From a virus (taxonomy: Duplodnaviria > Caudoviricetes), in IMG/VR virus record IMGVR_UViG_3300015195_000007, positions 1 to 52,671 of that record: a DNA stretch of 52,671 bases; one strand, 5' to 3'. The translations under genes and the position numbers were made by a program. Shown in pieces: positions 36,662 to 46,200 of the stretch. The stretch's first letter is position 1, and every line of letters starts with the position of its first letter. The notes under the pieces are model-generated. The model worked only from the letters and a program-made list of their open reading frames with translations, did no database searches and had not been told where the DNA came from.

Positions 36662-37152
36662 GCGACAAGCACAGCGGCTACGATCGGCGCTGCCGTGGGG
36701 GCCAGCTTCACGAGGTACTTGCTGGCTGCCGCCCCGCTGGCGTATTGCCTGGCGTTGCTGGACACCTGGACGGGCCACACATCGACCACATCTCCGATAG
36801 TTGGAATTCCACCAGTTACGCCTCCTTGGAATCCAGTGGCGCAGATGATTACCCATCCGATCGTTCCCTTGACGAACTTCGCCTTGATCGGGTTGACGGT
36901 CTTGTCCTCGTAGAAGGTGAGCATACAGTCAGCAATCGCATCTTCACCGGGGATTTTGGTGATGAGCACCTGAGACATGTCCGGAACGTCGATCGGGGTG
37001 TTGTCGAAGCTGAACCCCTGAATGTCGCTGAGCTGGCTAGTGACATCCAAGCCACCCGCACCGTTGAGCTCGCTGCACTTCGGCGCCGCCGGAGTTGAGT
37101 TGGTTGTGGTGAACAGGACGTCAGTAGCGCCCATCTGCATGAAGCGTGCCAC
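36658..37152 (-). CDS. major tail tube protein, copy 2
   Basis: GFSFDNTPIDVPDM...KIPGED...LTFYED...GTIG...DVWPVQV. Confidence 0.85.
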   Translation of the reverse strand: MARFMQMGATDVLFTTTNSTPAAPKCSELNGAGGLDVTSQLSDIQGFSFDNTPIDVPDMSQVLITKIPGEDAIADCMLTFYEDKTVNPIKAKFVKGTIGWVIICATGFQGGVTGGIPTIGDVVDVWPVQVSSNARQYASGAAASKYLVKLAPTAAPIVAAVLVA

Positions 37153-37169
37153 GGTAAGATTCCTTCCGG

Positions 37170-37649
37170 TTAGGTGAGAGCCCGGTCTACGACCGGAGCC
37201 TGCCGAGGGGCGAACTTGACGATGTACTTCGACGCTGCTGCTCCGCTGGCGTATTGCCGAGCACTAGAAGATACCTGAACCGGCCACACGTCACACTTAT
37301 CAGCGATGGCTGGAATGGCACCGGCGATTCCGTACCCGAAGATGACAACGAATCCGATCGTTCCCTTGACCAGCGCCGTTTTGGCCGGGTTGGAGACCTT
37401 GTCCTCGTAGAACGTCAACATGCAGTCAGCGATGGCGTCCTCACCAGGGATCTTCGTGATCAGTGGGTTGGACATGTCCGGAACGTCGATCGGGGTGTTG
37501 TCGAAGCTGAACCCCTGAAGGTCACTCAGTTGAGGAGTAAGTTCGACACCTGCGTTAACCTCTGTCGCAAGCACCGCAGCCAGAGTACTGCTGGCGATGG
37601 TGAGCACCCACCAGCACTTCGTGGTGCCCATTTGCATGAATCGTGTCAT
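37170..37649 (-). CDS. major tail tube protein, copy 1
   Basis: Same motifs as copy 2; lies after the tail terminator. Confidence 0.85.
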   Translation of the reverse strand: MTRFMQMGTTKCWWVLTIASSTLAAVLATEVNAGVELTPQLSDLQGFSFDNTPIDVPDMSNPLITKIPGEDAIADCMLTFYEDKVSNPAKTALVKGTIGFVVIFGYGIAGAIPAIADKCDVWPVQVSSSARQYASGAAASKYIVKFAPRQAPVVDRALT

Positions 37650-37816
37650 ACTGACTCTCCTTCAACTGGCGGAGGCGTCCACTCTCGGATTGTCCAGCCC
37701 TTCTCGGACCAGACCTCATCGAATGAACTCTTGTGGACGAGCGGTGGTTCCTGCTCCGTACCCTGAGTGTGAGGCAGGTCCGGGTGACTGATGTATACCC
37801 AATCTTGCTCTGCCAT
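37646..37816 (-). CDS. small virion-module protein
   Basis: Hand-translated 56 aa, MAEQDWVYISHPDLP...; overlaps both neighbours' start/stop. Confidence 0.6.
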   Translation of the reverse strand: MAEQDWVYISHPDLPHTQGTEQEPPLVHKSSFDEVWSEKGWTIREWTPPPVEGESV

Positions 37817-38226
37817 TACATACCTGCTTTCACTCGATAAACGTCCTGGATTTGCCAGAGGTCTTCCCCGCCAGGAAGTATAGCGCCAAGCCGTAAGCTG
37901 GCCCTATCTTGAACGAATCCGCCAGTAACAGGAATGGGATATTTATAGCCGCCTGGCCCTCGAGAGATCATGATATCTCTAACTCGTTCAGCCATCCACG
38001 TTACCTGCCTGGCGTCACGGCCGAGGCTGGTAATCTGATAGTTCCACCATCTGTCTTCCTCTGGGCTGTTCCAGGTTCCTTCGCCAGGAGGACCGCCTTG
38101 CGGATACAGAATAGCATATGGCATCGTTAGATCTATCGGAGACGTAGCCAGACCTATTGATCTTCCGCTGGCTGTAGCCAGTATTCCCTGAACAGCTATA
38201 TCAAGATCACTTTTTAGCAGCATCAT
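37816..38226 (-). CDS. tail terminator protein
   Basis: PYAILY, YQITS.G...Q....AERVR; synteny. Confidence 0.7.
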   Translation of the reverse strand: MMLLKSDLDIAVQGILATASGRSIGLATSPIDLTMPYAILYPQGGPPGEGTWNSPEEDRWWNYQITSLGRDARQVTWMAERVRDIMISRGPGGYKYPIPVTGGFVQDRASLRLGAILPGGEDLWQIQDVYRVKAGM

Positions 38227-38653
38227 TCCACCACACAGGAACAGCATTTTGAAGAGCCTGGAGATATTCTGGCTCCGTTACGTCTACGGCTGGTTGCCAA
38301 TGCGGGAATGGAGGCTGGTCGTATATTCGTCCAAGACTATCTGCCCCTACAAATCCGTACTCTAGCCGAGCGGCATACGGAGAGTTCGTACTAACCGTGG
38401 CATCTCCGTACCCTAATCCAGTTCCGAAGGAACTCTGAGACCCTTCTTCTACATGAATACTATTGACATATTCTCCGGTAACTATCTCTGGTCCAGGAGC
38501 TCCGCTTGCATTGTGAACAACTCGATCCTTAAGAACATCGGCGTATTGTCTTGTTATTTCTTTGATGCCCTTTGCCATGTTTACCTTGAACTGATCGAAC
38601 TGTTTCCGAGTTAGCTCTACTTGACTAATATCTATGCTAAACATGTCTCCCAT
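38207..38653 (-). CDS. HK97 gp10-like tail completion protein
   Basis: P..VTGEY.NSI, YA.RLEYG, P.PH..PA. Confidence 0.75.
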   Translation of the reverse strand: MGDMFSIDISQVELTRKQFDQFKVNMAKGIKEITRQYADVLKDRVVHNASGAPGPEIVTGEYVNSIHVEEGSQSSFGTGLGYGDATVSTNSPYAARLEYGFVGADSLGRIYDQPPFPHWQPAVDVTEPEYLQALQNAVPVWWNDAAKK

Positions 38654-39069
38654 TAGGTTGGGACCTTAGTGAACTTGTGAAGGAGAAATCTACGAGAGAC
38701 GCTATAGGTGCTGGTCTCTGCATCTTCACGAACAGTGAACATTTGCTTTACAAGATTGGGATTGTTGCTACTGACGACAGTAACTAGATCCTTTGGAAGA
38801 ATCTCTCCCAAGAATCGCAGCGGCAAAGTCAGCCAGACACTAACGTCGATGCTAAGCGCACCGCCTTCTGAGCTTGATCTGGCTGTGGGTCTGGTGGTCT
38901 TCAGAGAGGCGATACTACATGGGCCTTGATATATCTTGATGCGTGCAGCCGACGTATAGGTTCCAAGTACAGGGTCGAAAACATCTGCCTCGGCATCTCG
39001 ATCAATGAGACAAGTATCTATTAGGATCTTGTCCATGATCGCCAGGATGGGGGAAACATCAAGAAGCAT
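38653..39069 (-). CDS. head-to-tail stopper (DUF6093-like)
   Basis: DTC.I.R, IYQGPC.I, D.VTV.SS..P.L. Confidence 0.7.
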   Translation of the reverse strand: MLLDVSPILAIMDKILIDTCLIDRDAEADVFDPVLGTYTSAARIKIYQGPCSIASLKTTRPTARSSSEGGALSIDVSVWLTLPLRFLGEILPKDLVTVVSSNNPNLVKQMFTVREDAETSTYSVSRRFLLHKFTKVPT

Positions 39070-39301
39070 CTAGCTTCTCCGCTACTACTTGAAGAACCAG
39101 TTCACTGATGGTATATCCGCCGCCCCAGGTCAGTCTTGCTAGAGCCTCTTCCTCGATTGCCTTGGCGTTTAGGGTTCGGACAAGGTCTCCAGTTTTGACA
39201 TCTCTAGTGACCCCTGTCAGCTCAATATAAACGATAGCACTATCGCTCTGCTCCGTACCGTTAAGGAAGACCCTGGCAACCATGCCACCAGGGTAGCGCA
39301 T
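39059..39301 (-). CDS. hypothetical protein
   Basis: 80-aa ORF in the structural operon. Confidence 0.5.
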   Translation of the reverse strand: MRYPGGMVARVFLNGTEQSDSAIVYIELTGVTRDVKTGDLVRTLNAKAIEEEALARLTWGGGYTISELVLQVVAEKLDAS

Positions 39302-39314
39302 AGCGCCGTAGGAG

Positions 39315-39581
39315 CTATTTCTTCCCTCGCCTACCGACGGGAGCCAGCTCTTCCCATATCTCTAATGCGAACTTGGCTGTTGGGCGTAGTTCCCACTGAA
39401 TGCCGTGGTCACCACGAAATGGAACTCGATGGTCAGCACCGTTGACGCCAATCTCATCTGGTATACCGTCGGGAAACGCAGAGCATGTTCCCACCTTTAG
39501 AGGCGGCTGGAGGGTCTCCATGTTCCATTGTCCAACAACGAAATGAATACAACTATCGCATATGATCGGGCCTCTTAGCAT
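39315..39581 (-). CDS. small Cys/His protein (CxxCxH...CxAFPDGIP...DH...GDxGI)
   Basis: Directly downstream of the MuF-peptidase gene. Confidence 0.65.
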   Translation of the reverse strand: MLRGPIICDSCIHFVVGQWNMETLQPPLKVGTCSAFPDGIPDEIGVNGADHRVPFRGDHGIQWELRPTAKFALEIWEELAPVGRRGKK

Positions 39582-39582
39582 A

Positions 39583-42500
39583 TCATCCCCATGCCTTATC
39601 TAGCCAACTGGACATAATGCCAGTGTATACGTTTTGGGTAGTTCCTGGGGCAACCGCCTGTAGGAAAAGCTCTGCCGTGAACTCAACATAGTTATTCACG
39701 GCTGCGTACTTGCTGATGAGACCTTGAAGCTTATCTTCATTTCCTATACGCCAAGCATCAAAGATAGCTATTCTTTCTGCCATTGTTTTCTCTCCGAAGT
39801 GTTCTAGTTCCTTAGCTGAAGCAGATGCAATGCCTGGAGCCCTGGCGCTTAGAAGAGAAAGTATGAGTCTATTCTGATCTTCTTCACGAGCCAAGAGAAC
39901 AGCATGATGACCTAGTTCATGAACGAAGGTGTTAATCGGAGCTTCAGTTCCCCTTACGGTGTATCCGGTCTCAACAAATCTTTTCCTTATTTCGTCATGA
40001 AGACTTGGATTTAGAACGATCACCTTATTGACGGCTATGACGCCATTTCCCTCGATCGGCTTCAGAGTTCCTTCTGTGCCAGCAACGAAAGGTCCTCTAG
40101 GCTCTGAATAAGGATTAAACCATTCTGCCAAGTTGGTTCGCGGATTGCTAACTGGTCGATCAAAGTCTAGTTTAACTGGAGGAAGATTAGGTAGTCTCTC
40201 GTAGATCGACTGAAATCTACTATTCACTGTCGTGACGAGGGAGTCACGCTTAGCAATGAAGCTGCGGTCTACTATTGTTCTGGGGAGATTTCTCGAACTC
40301 GCCATCGGATTTTTTACAATGGTCAACCCCGACTTGTTGATCTTTTTCTGCGTTGTCTTTCGATCTTTGATCACCTGTGTCTCGTTTTTTCTCATCTTAA
40401 CAAGAACACTTTTCGCAGGAGGGGGCGGCTGACCTTTCTTAGCCCAATACTTCTCCCGGTTCCTAGCGTTTCTCTCCATGCGAGCAGCTTCCTGCTTTTT
40501 GGCTGCCTCTTGCTGGATTTTAAGATTGATCTTCTGCCAACTCTTTGCTTTTCCGGATAGAACTTGAGCGTTCATGTCTGAGATGCGCTTCTTGCTAAAC
40601 TCTTTCTGTCTAGCCGCCTCTTCTCTTCTTATCCGTAGTTCCTCTTGTTTGGCTAGTCTTTCTGCTTCTGTGCGAGCCTCTGCAAACTTCGTTTGCGATT
40701 TGTATTTGGGAGTAAACTCTCTTTTAGCCTTCTCAGCAGCAGCCGCTATGTCCTTCGGAGACTCACGAATCACGGCCTTAGTTGAGAAGATTTGAGTCTT
40801 GAACTTGGTCTGGGGAAAGATACTCCCCTTGTTTTCTAAACTTATCTGCCCCAGACGCCACATTACCTTAGCGGTGTCTTGTTCAACTTGATTCTCGAAC
40901 TTCAAGCGCAAGGTACTAAGGAAGTCGAAGAATGTTCCGTTGTACATCTGTATTCTGGCTGTGATATCGGTCATGCGAAACATGGCTTGTCCCAGATGCC
41001 AGCCAGTGAGAGGGTCTATATCATCCTTGCTATTGTTGATCAGTCTTTGTATATCTTCCCATCTAATATCTTTGATACTGCTGAGAGAGTCTAGACCAAG
41101 TCTGCGTAGATCCCAACGCATGTTGGCCCCCAGATCAAGTCCTAAATGATTAATAGCATTGGTGACTTGCACATTGTCGAATGTATCAGGAAGTAGGTTT
41201 CTAAGAATACCCTTTGGAGTAACAAAGTTCAAGTGTGTACTGAGACTGAGAACTCTTCCCGCTGGAGCAATCACTCTTCCGGTCTTATCAGTGGCTAATA
41301 CATCAGTGGTAGCTCTGTTCAGCGTGGTTTGTATATGGATGGGTCCTGGCAAGTTCAGCCGTAGAGACGGAGTGATGGATTGTAAGACTCCGCCCTTGAT
41401 GCTGTCCATGTGAAGACCAGCTCTGATCAGAGCATTGGGGCTGATAGCAAGGTTAGAACGCTCGCCGGTTAGAGTCTTCGTGACGTTGCCAGTGATGATC
41501 TTGAGGCCCTTCAGGTCAAGACGAATACCGGGATTTTTCCCCATTGCACTGATATCTCTAGTGATCCCTGGAAGGCTTACTCTGAGATACTTATCGCGAC
41601 TAAACTGACCGGCGCCGATATCTGACCAAGAGTCGAAGAATGCTTGACGGATACCTTCATTTGAGGTATTGGAGAAGAAGTCTCCAACAAGGTTCAGACT
41701 TGGTCTAACACTACGATCCATCATGCTAGCAAAACGATTCATATCTTGCCCGAGAGGGACCGGTTCTACTGATCCGCCAGTACCGGTCAAGATATATTGA
41801 ACGTGTTGCGGCACGCTGGCGATGTCTCCGCTTGCGAACTTATCGCTATAGCTCAAGACATCTTGTGCTATCTGCGCCTCTGTAAAGATCTTAGGTTTTC
41901 CTGTGGCGATATCTATAATCTCTGGGAACTGTACTTGCTTGAATCTTCCCAAGAAACTTTGTGCCGCTGGCTCTACTGCATTATGAATCACATCTCGACC
42001 AACGATGTCTAGACTCTGCTGCTTGACGAACGTTAGAAGAGTTTGTTCTGCTGTAGCCACAAGGCTGGCCTTGACAGCACTGACCACAGCATGTTCTATG
42101 ATTGCTCCAGCAGAATCAATAAGTCTGCCTAACGTATCTCTCCCATATTTTTTTTCTGGATTTTTCGGACCTGTATAGATCTCGAAAGTTCTTACGCAAT
42201 GCGGATGAGCGATAATAAACTCCTCCGCTGTTTCTGCATCTACGATCATGCCATTGGCTTGCTGAGGATCGTTGTGTTCTACAAGTCCACATCCGTCACC
42301 GTCACTAATGATGAACTTTGTTGCGCCGTTGTCTACTGCTGATTGAATGTAAGACTCGTTGTACAGCCGAGAAGATAAAGCATGAGTGGTCGCACTGGCC
42401 CAATCGCCATAACTGCGCCTAGTGCCGTCTGCGTACACAACAGCTTTCGCACCATGTCGATCCAGAATGCCAGCGGCTTGTCGATTACTGCCGGCGGTCC

Positions 42501-43182
42501 TTAACTGAACTAAAGTTTCTTTGCTTGTTCGTTGAGTTCCGACAAGACCCCGCTGCAAGTTGCCGATTGCGTCTTTCTGCACCTTAGCGAGTCTGTCTTG
42601 ATGAACTTGATTGATTACTAGCTTGCCGCCCTGTGCCCCGGCCATCATCGCCATTTTTTGATAGCTGGGCAGCCCGTTTTTAATGAATTCAGCAGCAGAA
42701 ACGTAGTTAGTCTTTAATAACTCTGTTATCGCCTTATGAGCGGCGTAAGCGTCCGATCCTAGTTTGCTGGGATCACCTATTCCATAGGAAACCGCCTTAG
42801 AGGCCATTCTGTTCAGAATGCCATTGATGTCGGCCTGCGTAGAGCCGAACTTTCTGAGAATGTCTCCAAGCGGTCCCTGGGCCATTGCACCAGTGAGCTC
42901 TTTTTGTACGTCTATCTGGTCTCGCTGAAACTTAAAGAGAAATGGCTTTTTCGCCTCTACAGCCTGAATCTGTGTTTGGGTTTTTTGTAGAATGCCTGTG
43001 AGACTGCGTTTCGCAGCTACATCCGCACCTTTGAGCCCTATTCCGGATGAACGTGCTCGGCGCTGCTCGGAATATCCGGTGTATCCCATCTCTTTCGCAA
43101 CCCAATCACGATAATCGTAATAGTTGCGAAAACCCCGAGACTGAGCGAGTGCATCTCTCTTGTCCTGGCGATCTGAGGCCAC
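39583..43182 (-). CDS. MuF-like minor capsid protein with C-terminal zincin metallopeptidase domain
   Basis: DG.GCG...H.....ANG.I......AHPHCVR (MuF-like); HELGH...YAA.N..EF.AE at the C-terminus; 1199 aa. Confidence 0.7.
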   Translation of the reverse strand: MASDRQDKRDALAQSRGFRNYYDYRDWVAKEMGYTGYSEQRRARSSGIGLKGADVAAKRSLTGILQKTQTQIQAVEAKKPFLFKFQRDQIDVQKELTGAMAQGPLGDILRKFGSTQADINGILNRMASKAVSYGIGDPSKLGSDAYAAHKAITELLKTNYVSAAEFIKNGLPSYQKMAMMAGAQGGKLVINQVHQDRLAKVQKDAIGNLQRGLVGTQRTSKETLVQLRTAGSNRQAAGILDRHGAKAVVYADGTRRSYGDWASATTHALSSRLYNESYIQSAVDNGATKFIISDGDGCGLVEHNDPQQANGMIVDAETAEEFIIAHPHCVRTFEIYTGPKNPEKKYGRDTLGRLIDSAGAIIEHAVVSAVKASLVATAEQTLLTFVKQQSLDIVGRDVIHNAVEPAAQSFLGRFKQVQFPEIIDIATGKPKIFTEAQIAQDVLSYSDKFASGDIASVPQHVQYILTGTGGSVEPVPLGQDMNRFASMMDRSVRPSLNLVGDFFSNTSNEGIRQAFFDSWSDIGAGQFSRDKYLRVSLPGITRDISAMGKNPGIRLDLKGLKIITGNVTKTLTGERSNLAISPNALIRAGLHMDSIKGGVLQSITPSLRLNLPGPIHIQTTLNRATTDVLATDKTGRVIAPAGRVLSLSTHLNFVTPKGILRNLLPDTFDNVQVTNAINHLGLDLGANMRWDLRRLGLDSLSSIKDIRWEDIQRLINNSKDDIDPLTGWHLGQAMFRMTDITARIQMYNGTFFDFLSTLRLKFENQVEQDTAKVMWRLGQISLENKGSIFPQTKFKTQIFSTKAVIRESPKDIAAAAEKAKREFTPKYKSQTKFAEARTEAERLAKQEELRIRREEAARQKEFSKKRISDMNAQVLSGKAKSWQKINLKIQQEAAKKQEAARMERNARNREKYWAKKGQPPPPAKSVLVKMRKNETQVIKDRKTTQKKINKSGLTIVKNPMASSRNLPRTIVDRSFIAKRDSLVTTVNSRFQSIYERLPNLPPVKLDFDRPVSNPRTNLAEWFNPYSEPRGPFVAGTEGTLKPIEGNGVIAVNKVIVLNPSLHDEIRKRFVETGYTVRGTEAPINTFVHELGHHAVLLAREEDQNRLILSLLSARAPGIASASAKELEHFGEKTMAERIAIFDAWRIGNEDKLQGLISKYAAVNNYVEFTAELFLQAVAPGTTQNVYTGIMSSWLDKAWG

Positions 43183-43184
43183 GA

Positions 43185-43619
43185 CTAGCGCCTAGTGTGT
43201 CGCTTGCTCCTGGCGATCTTCACGATCTGCACTGTTCCTGGAACAACGTGCTCGGTGGATCTCGATCCGCCTCTAGCAATGAAACTACGGAGAAGTTCAC
43301 GTAGACCATTGATATTGGCGTCGGTGCTCATGGTCGTACCATCGTTCAATCCGATACTGGCGGGTTGTTCGAGTAAGATTGACAACTTGTTGCGCAGAGT
43401 TTCCTCGATGACCTTGTCGATGTCTTGGAACCGGTCGAATCGTCCAGCGATCTCGTCGTCTGACGGTCCTGGCCCTACCCACGCTCGAATAGTCTCCCAG
43501 TCACTATCCTGGAGCATTGCCAGCGGAGTGAACTCAGATGGTTCATCTTCGTTGAAATCTCCCTGAACGTCATAGTCGTCGAACGCAGAGTATCCACTTC
43601 CGTCATCCACCCCGGACAT
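43185..43619 (-). CDS. head-to-tail adaptor-like protein
   Basis: Synteny after capsid; ATG at 43619. Confidence 0.5.
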   Translation of the reverse strand: MSGVDDGSGYSAFDDYDVQGDFNEDEPSEFTPLAMLQDSDWETIRAWVGPGPSDDEIAGRFDRFQDIDKVIEETLRNKLSILLEQPASIGLNDGTTMSTDANINGLRELLRSFIARGGSRSTEHVVPGTVQIVKIARSKRHTRR

Positions 43620-43878
43620 TGTCGTCTTCTTCCAGTTGGGCGATGAGCGCACGCTTTGTCTTGGCTGGATCCAGCTCTCTACCCATCACGATCTCTCGGA
43701 GCACCTGCGTCGGAAGAGTTTTGTAGTCGATCTGTTGAGTGCCCTCTTCCTCTAGGCATCCTTCTCTGTTACTGATCTCCGCAGCGATCTTGGCCGGAAC
43801 AACATCTCCTGGTTCGAACTTGTGATTTTCCCCCTCAACGAAAACATGGAAATGTGTCTTGGCTAGTAGCTGTGGCAT
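43603..43878 (-). CDS. small head-associated protein with SAP/HeH-like C-terminus
   Basis: F.PGDVVP...A..I.N; YKTL....LREI..GREL....TKRALIAQLEEDD; AAGGGAG RBS. Confidence 0.6.
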   Translation of the reverse strand: MPQLLAKTHFHVFVEGENHKFEPGDVVPAKIAAEISNREGCLEEEGTQQIDYKTLPTQVLREIVMGRELDPAKTKRALIAQLEEDDNVRGG

Positions 43879-43909
43879 GATACTCCCTTTTATACTCGAA
43901 TCGGTTGGT

Positions 43910-43969
43910 TGATGGGGGCGGATCTGTCTTCCTACTGGATTCCTCGGACGAGACTCCCCGCCCCCATCA
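43910..43969 (-). terminator. stem-loop downstream of major capsid gene
   Basis: 12-bp arms TGATGGGGGCGG/CCGCCCCCATCA. Confidence 0.6.
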
Positions 43970-43982
43970 TCGGTTGTCACTG

Positions 43983-45026
43983 CTAAGCGACGACTGCGTC
44001 CAGCACCAGATTAGCGTTCGGCATGACTGGCATGGCAAGTGCCGAGCCAAGCGTGAACGTCTGAACCGGATGCTCTGTACGAGTAATGACAGCCACAACG
44101 CCTGGCATGGCTGCCCGGTCGATCATGTTGCGTTCAGCCAGAAGAAGCGCCTCGGGCGTCACACCATAGAAGGTGTGTCCGAATGCCTGATCTGTGTTTG
44201 GCATCATGTAGACCTTGTTCTGCTTCAGGACTCTGGTACGAGTGCCGTTCACACGAACCTGCGTGTCGTACAGTTCCACCTGAGGCAGACCTTCAGATGC
44301 GAAGATATCTGCGATGGTGGCTGCGTTAACTCGGGCTGGCGTGATACCACCCGCTGCGGCGTACCCACGGATCTCAGCATTGAGAGCCAGATTGGCCACT
44401 CGGGTCCTACTCATCAGGAGCAGGTTTGGCTCAATTCCGTTCTGAATGACGTAGGCGTCCACCCAGGCCAAGAGATCGGTGAGCGGCTTCCCGAGAACAG
44501 TGTCAGTCCAAAGGTTTGCCGCAGTGACGCTCATGGCTCCAACCCTGTTGAAGTTGGCCTCCATGACCATACCGTTCTCGTTCAGGGTGAACTTCCCATC
44601 ATCGATGGTGTCCCCACGAGCGAGCTCGATACGGGCTTGGACAGCCCTGATCATGCGCTCGCTGTCATCGTAGATCGCCTGGATGACCGGATCATTCGTT
44701 CCACGAAGCAGCGTCTGGGTGCGGAGGTACTCTTCCTCACCGAGAGGGATCTGTCGGGAGACAGGTCCCAAGCTGCCACGAAGGTACTGGATGCCAGGAC
44801 GACCGGTCATGGTCGCTGGCGTATCCCACGCCCTGTACTCGGCCACGTCAACGTCGTTCAGCGTGCCCTTGCGGATGCGGAAGTCCAGGTCTTCGATGAA
44901 CCGATTCGGCAAGAATCGATCCAGCGTCAACTGCGCTTCAGGTCGCAACACTTCAATGTCGTAGGCCCGGACGTAGTCGATCAGAAGCTGGGGAACCACA
45001 AGATCGAAAACCATGTTTCCGGCCAT
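43983..45026 (-). CDS. major capsid protein (lambda gpE-like family)
   Basis: L..FLP, AEYRAWD, RIELARGD...GK, P..DL..W, A.PV.P; follows scaffold and decoration genes. Confidence 0.9.
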   Translation of the reverse strand: MAGNMVFDLVVPQLLIDYVRAYDIEVLRPEAQLTLDRFLPNRFIEDLDFRIRKGTLNDVDVAEYRAWDTPATMTGRPGIQYLRGSLGPVSRQIPLGEEEYLRTQTLLRGTNDPVIQAIYDDSERMIRAVQARIELARGDTIDDGKFTLNENGMVMEANFNRVGAMSVTAANLWTDTVLGKPLTDLLAWVDAYVIQNGIEPNLLLMSRTRVANLALNAEIRGYAAAGGITPARVNAATIADIFASEGLPQVELYDTQVRVNGTRTRVLKQNKVYMMPNTDQAFGHTFYGVTPEALLLAERNMIDRAAMPGVVAVITRTEHPVQTFTLGSALAMPVMPNANLVLDAVVA

Positions 45027-45030
45027 GTTG

Positions 45031-45486
45031 TCACTCCCACCGAATCATGGGCAGCGCAGCCTGGAAGGCAGGCGTAACGATACCCTTGAGGGAGCCGCCG
45101 AAGGTGCCGGCTACTGGCAGGAAGCCAGTCTTCACGATGCCAGGACCCCAGAAAAGGGCTGTGGCTTGAGAACCGACGTTGGTATAGTCGAATCCGACCT
45201 CGTCCGGGTGTCCGATCGCAATGGTGCTGAACAGCAGCCCCACATTCACGAGCAACTGACGACCGTCAACAGCAGCCGCTTCCCACGGACCCCAGAGACC
45301 AGTTGCGGTGACCTTACCCAAGGCCATTCCGCTGATCAGGGTTCCATTGATGATGTGGGCTGCGGTGAACAGAGACGGGGCCAGAGTAATCGTACGCATG
45401 ACGCTGACCCCCATTCGAGAGCCGAGCCACCGCCGATCCTCATTCCCGAGGAACTGTTCAGTGTATACCTGAATGTCTACCGCCAT
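45031..45486 (-). CDS. capsid decoration protein
   Basis: SGM.LGKVTATGL.GP...A.DGRQ...GLL; between scaffold and capsid. Confidence 0.75.
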   Translation of the reverse strand: MAVDIQVYTEQFLGNEDRRWLGSRMGVSVMRTITLAPSLFTAAHIINGTLISGMALGKVTATGLWGPWEAAAVDGRQLLVNVGLLFSTIAIGHPDEVGFDYTNVGSQATALFWGPGIVKTGFLPVAGTFGGSLKGIVTPAFQAALPMIRWE

Positions 45487-45495
45487 GCGGTATCC

Positions 45496-46149
45496 TCACT
45501 TTCGGTTCTTCGCAAGAGCGGCACCGTGCCGCTGCTCTAACATCGCTTTCGCCTGTCCCTGTATATCCCCGGGTTTGGGAGGTCGTGGACCAGGACCAGG
45601 ATCTCCCGGCTTGGGAGGTCCACTTCCTGGTTCCGGCGATGCCGGTCCGAAAAGCATAGGCAACCGAGCTTTCAGTGCCTCAACAGCCGTCTTGATCACG
45701 CCGTCGTCAGCCTTTGAAGGGTCGTCGATGGTCACAAGCTTGGCCACGTCGTCCAGGGTACCATCCTGGACGCCTGCACGCACCAACGCCCTCTCAATCT
45801 TCGCCATCATCCGCTCATGAGTGGCGCTAGTCTTCTCCTTCGCAGCCTCCTCTCGGTCTTTGGCTGCCCTCTCGGCATCCTTCTGTTGCTGAGTCTTGGT
45901 CGCCTCGTCAGCGTCCCGTTGACGCTTCAAGATCTCTTGAGCTTGTTCCATCGTCTCGACGCCAAGACTCTTCAGGAGTTCGTTGGTAGCAGCAGTGCGC
46001 CCCTCTGCCTTTTCTCTTGTTGCGATCCTGGTGATATCTTCTTGCGTAAAGGTCTTCCCTGGTTCTGGTGGCGTTGGAGCTGGTGCCGGAGCGGGAGGTG
46101 TCGGTGCCGGGGCCGGTCCTGGCGCTGGCGCTGGCGGTATTACGGTCAT
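45496..46149 (-). CDS. scaffolding protein
   Basis: KTFTQED, coiled coil, AV..L...P.LF; Pro-Ala N-terminus. Confidence 0.8.
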   Translation of the reverse strand: MTVIPPAPAPGPAPAPTPPAPAPAPTPPEPGKTFTQEDITRIATREKAEGRTAATNELLKSLGVETMEQAQEILKRQRDADEATKTQQQKDAERAAKDREEAAKEKTSATHERMMAKIERALVRAGVQDGTLDDVAKLVTIDDPSKADDGVIKTAVEALKARLPMLFGPASPEPGSGPPKPGDPGPGPRPPKPGDIQGQAKAMLEQRHGAALAKNRK

Positions 46150-46200
46150 AATCTCTCCATTCCTGGTATTCCGGTTTATCCCGGTGAGCTAAGGGTACAC

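Noticed and set aside
36662-36856. N-terminal extension of the tail chaperone ORF
   Set aside because: Lies inside the tail tube gene in another frame; ATG at 36661 gives a typical ATGA coupling
43905-45077. 390-aa + strand ORF (likewise 1264-2094, 6445-7305 and 24011-24847 on the - strand)
   Set aside because: Antisense to well-supported genes with biased codon usage; no motifs
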